Positions 61,033 through 64,000 of a stretch of DNA of 64,000 nt are shown in pieces. The notes below the pieces were generated by a model. It did no database searches. It was not told the DNA's origin and saw only the letters and a program-made list of their open reading frames with translations. The position numbers and the translations under genes are program-made. Numbering within the stretch: the first letter of the stretch is position 1; every line of letters starts with the position of its first letter. Origin of the DNA: Mobula hypostoma (lineage: Eukaryota); assembly GCF_963921235.1 (NCBI RefSeq), contig NC_086097.1:226674001-226738000 (forward strand), read 5' to 3'.

Positions 61033-63530
61033 ATAGAATATAGAATAGTACAGCACAGTACAGGTCCTTTGGCCCACAATGTTGTGCCGACCCTCAAACC
61101 CTGCCTACCATTTAAGCCCCCACCTTAAATTCCTCCATATAGCTGTCTAGTAGTCTCTTAAACTTCACTAGTGTATCTGCCTCCACCACTGACTCAGGCA
61201 GTGCATTCCACGCACCAACCACTCTCTGAGTGAACAACCTTCCTCTAATATCCCCCTTGAACTTCCCACCCCTTACCTTAAAGCCATGTCCTCTTGTATT
61301 GAGCAGTGGTGCCCTGGGGAAGTGCTGGCTATCCACTCTATCTATTCCTCTTATTATCTTGTACACCTCTATCATGTCTCCTCTCATCCTCCTCCTCTCC
61401 AAAGAGTAAAGCCCTAGCTCCCTTAATCTCTGATCATAATGCATACTTTCTAAACCAGGCAGCATTCTGGTAAATCTCCTCTGTACCCTTTCCAATGCTT
61501 CCACATCCTTCTTATAGTGAGGTGACCAGAAATGGACACAGTACTCCAAGTGTGGCCTAACCAGAGTTTTATAGAGCTGCATCATTACATCGCAACTCTT
61601 AAACTCTATTCCTCGACTTATGAAAGCTAACACCCCATAAGCTTTCTTAACTACCCTATCCATCTGTGAGGCAACTTTCAGGGATCTGTGGACATGTACC
61701 CCGAGATCCCTCTGCTCCTCCACACTACCAAGTATCCTGCCACTTACTTTGTACTCTGCCTTGGAGTTTGTCCTTCCAAAGTGTACCACCTCACACTTCT
61801 CCGGGTTGAACTCCATCTGCCACTTCTCAGTCCACTTCTGCATCCTATCAATGTCTCTCTGCAATCTTTGACAATCCTCTACACTATCTACAACACCATC
61901 AACCTTTGTGTCGTCTGCAAACTTGCCAACCCACCCTTCTACCCCCACATCCAGGTCGTTAATAAAAATCACAAAAAGTAGAGGTCCCAGAACAGATCCT
62001 TGTGAGACACCACTAGTCACAATCCTCCAATCTGAATGTACTCCCTCCACCACAACCCTCTGCCTTCTGCAGGCAAGCCAATTCTGAATCCACCTGGCCA
62101 AACTTCCCTGGATCCCATGCCTTCTAACTTTCTGAATAAGCCTACCGTGTGGAACCTTGTCAAATGCCTTACAAAAATCCGTGTAGACACATCCACTGCA
62201 CTACCCTCATCTATATGCCTGGTCACCTCCTCAAAGAACTCTATCAGGCTTGTTAGACAGGATCTACCCTTCACAAACCCATGCTGACTGTCCCTGATCA
62301 GACCATGATTCTCTAAATGCCTATAGATCCTATCTCTAAGAATCTTTTCCAACAGCTTTCCCACCACAGACATAAGGCTCACTGGTCTATAATTACCCGG
62401 ACTATCCCTACTAACTTTTTTGAACAAGGGGACAACATTTGCCTCCCTCCAATCCTCTGGTACCATTCCCGTGGACAACGAGGACATAAAGATCATAGCC
62501 AGAGGCTCAGCAATCTCTTCTCTCACCTCGTGGAGCAGCCTGGGGAATATTCTGTCAGGCCCCGGGGACTTATCTGTCCTAATGTATTTTAACAACTCCA
62601 ACACCTCCGCTCCCTTAATATCAACATGCTCCAGAACATCAACCTCACTCATATTGTCCTCACCATCATCAAGTTCCCTCTCATTGGTGAATACCGAAGA
62701 GAAGTATTCACTGAGGACCTCGCTCACTTCCACAGCCTCCAGGCACATCTTCCCACCTTTATCTCTAATCGGTCCTACCTTCACTCCTGTCATCCTTTTG
62801 TTCTTCACATAATTGAAGAATGCCTTGGGGTTTTCCTTTATCCTACTCACCAAGGCGTTCTCATGCCCCCTTCTTGCTCTTCTCAGCCCCTTCTTAAGCT
62901 CCTTTCTTGCTTCCCTATATTCCTCAATAGACCCATCTGATCCTTGCTTCCTAAACCTCATGTATGCTGCCTTCTTCCACCTGACTAGATTTTCCATCTC
63001 ACTTGTCACCCATGGTTCCTTCACCCTACCGTTCTTTATCTTCCTCACCAGGACAAATTTATCCCTAACACCCTGCAAGAGATCTCTAAACATCGACCAC
63101 ATTTCCATAGTACATTTCCCTGCAAAAACATCATCCGAATTCACACCCACAAGTTCTAGCCTTATAGCCTCATAATTTGCCTTTCCTCAATTAAAAATTT
63201 TCCTGTCCTCTCTGATTCTATCCTTTTCCAAGATAATGCTAAAGGCCAGGGAGCGGTGGTCACTGTCCCCCAGATGCTCACCCACTGAGAGATCTGTGAC
63301 CTGACCCGGTTCATTACCTAGTACTAGATCTAGTATGGCATTCCCCCTAGTCGGCCTGTCCACATACTGTGACAGGAATCCATCCTGGACACACTTAACA
63401 AACACTGCCCCATCTAAACCTTTGGAACTAATCAGGTGCCAATCAATATTAGGGAAGTTAAAGTCACCCATGATAACAACCCTGTTATTTTTGCACCTTT
63501 CCAAAATCTGCCTCCCAATCTGCTCCTCAG
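61033..63530 (-). mobile_element. Young 5'-truncated CR1 LINE: APE C-terminus, full RT, 3' UTR
   Basis: ORFs 63187..63504, 62017..63150 and 61112..62101 join into one ORF2 with an in-frame TGA at 63187-63189 and a 1-nt deletion near 62187; GDFNFPNIDW, SDH, SQGSVLGP, FADD motifs; tail tattctatattctatg. Confidence 0.95.
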
Positions 63531-64000
63531 TTGAAACTGAGGCGCAGGAAGGAGGAGGGAGAATTAGAAGGACAACTGGCTACTGTTAAGTCCCTCATTA
63601 TTTTTGCCTCATTAGCACTACGATAACCTAACATCACTGGGCAATCTTGGGTAGTGCATCTAAGAGGGGAAGTAGGCGGCAGGATTGCTCAGAAGGCCTG
63701 CCCAACACCCACTCTCCTCGGTAGTGCTTACATGGGGGATGAGATCAAAGAAGAAGTAGAAGAAATGGAGCCAGTGGTACAATCCAGCTTTCATCCATTT
63801 TCCACAATGACCTAATTTGAAGGAATTTCAGCCCCCTGTTTTATTTCAATAAACTTAGAACATATGTGCATTAGCTGTTCAAGGATAATGAATGCCAATC
63901 CTGTCTAAGGAGGATTATGTATCCTTTTCAAGTAAATGAAGCATATACCTTTCCATCATGTTTTACAACTTTAATCTTTGGGGTATGACTTAAAACTTGA

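Noticed and set aside
61112..63504. Domesticated or active reverse transcriptase gene
   Set aside because: 5'-truncated, with a nonsense codon, a frameshift and an ordinary CR1 tail: a dead-on-arrival copy.
63690..63815. Short open frame with acidic stretch (GDEIKEEVEEMEPV) as candidate next exon
   Set aside because: No convincing pyrimidine tract or donor and no similarity to the expected ZFHX4 continuation.

Overview
Vertebrate nuclear DNA, most likely from a cartilaginous fish (shark or ray; inferred from dense CR1 LINEs, HE1/V-SINE-like and Deu-domain SINEs, Rex1/Babar-like LINEs and Penelope-like elements). The window appears to lie inside a + strand zinc-finger homeobox gene best matching ZFHX4. 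Three phase-compatible internal coding exons are visible: 38936-39055, 44354/44357-44490 and 46093-46293, the last encoding two C2H2 fingers. The rest is intron: nested, mostly decayed transposons (CR1, Rex1/Babar-like, RTE-derived and tRNA-derived SINEs, Tc1/mariner, pogo/Tigger, hAT, PIF/Harbinger, a Gmr1-like LTR element) and several repeat-free blocks that may be conserved non-coding elements. The most striking hidden structure is a set of more than a dozen Penelope-like element (PLE) remnants carrying minimal type I hammerhead ribozyme motifs (CTGAnGA-stem II-GAAAC-GTC), intact or degenerate, on both strands. They include short fold-back, TSD-flanked non-coding insertions whose breakpoints cluster at the ribozyme, and a second hammerhead family. 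All family assignments come from recalled motifs, not database searches; TE boundaries without TSD/TIR support are approximate.
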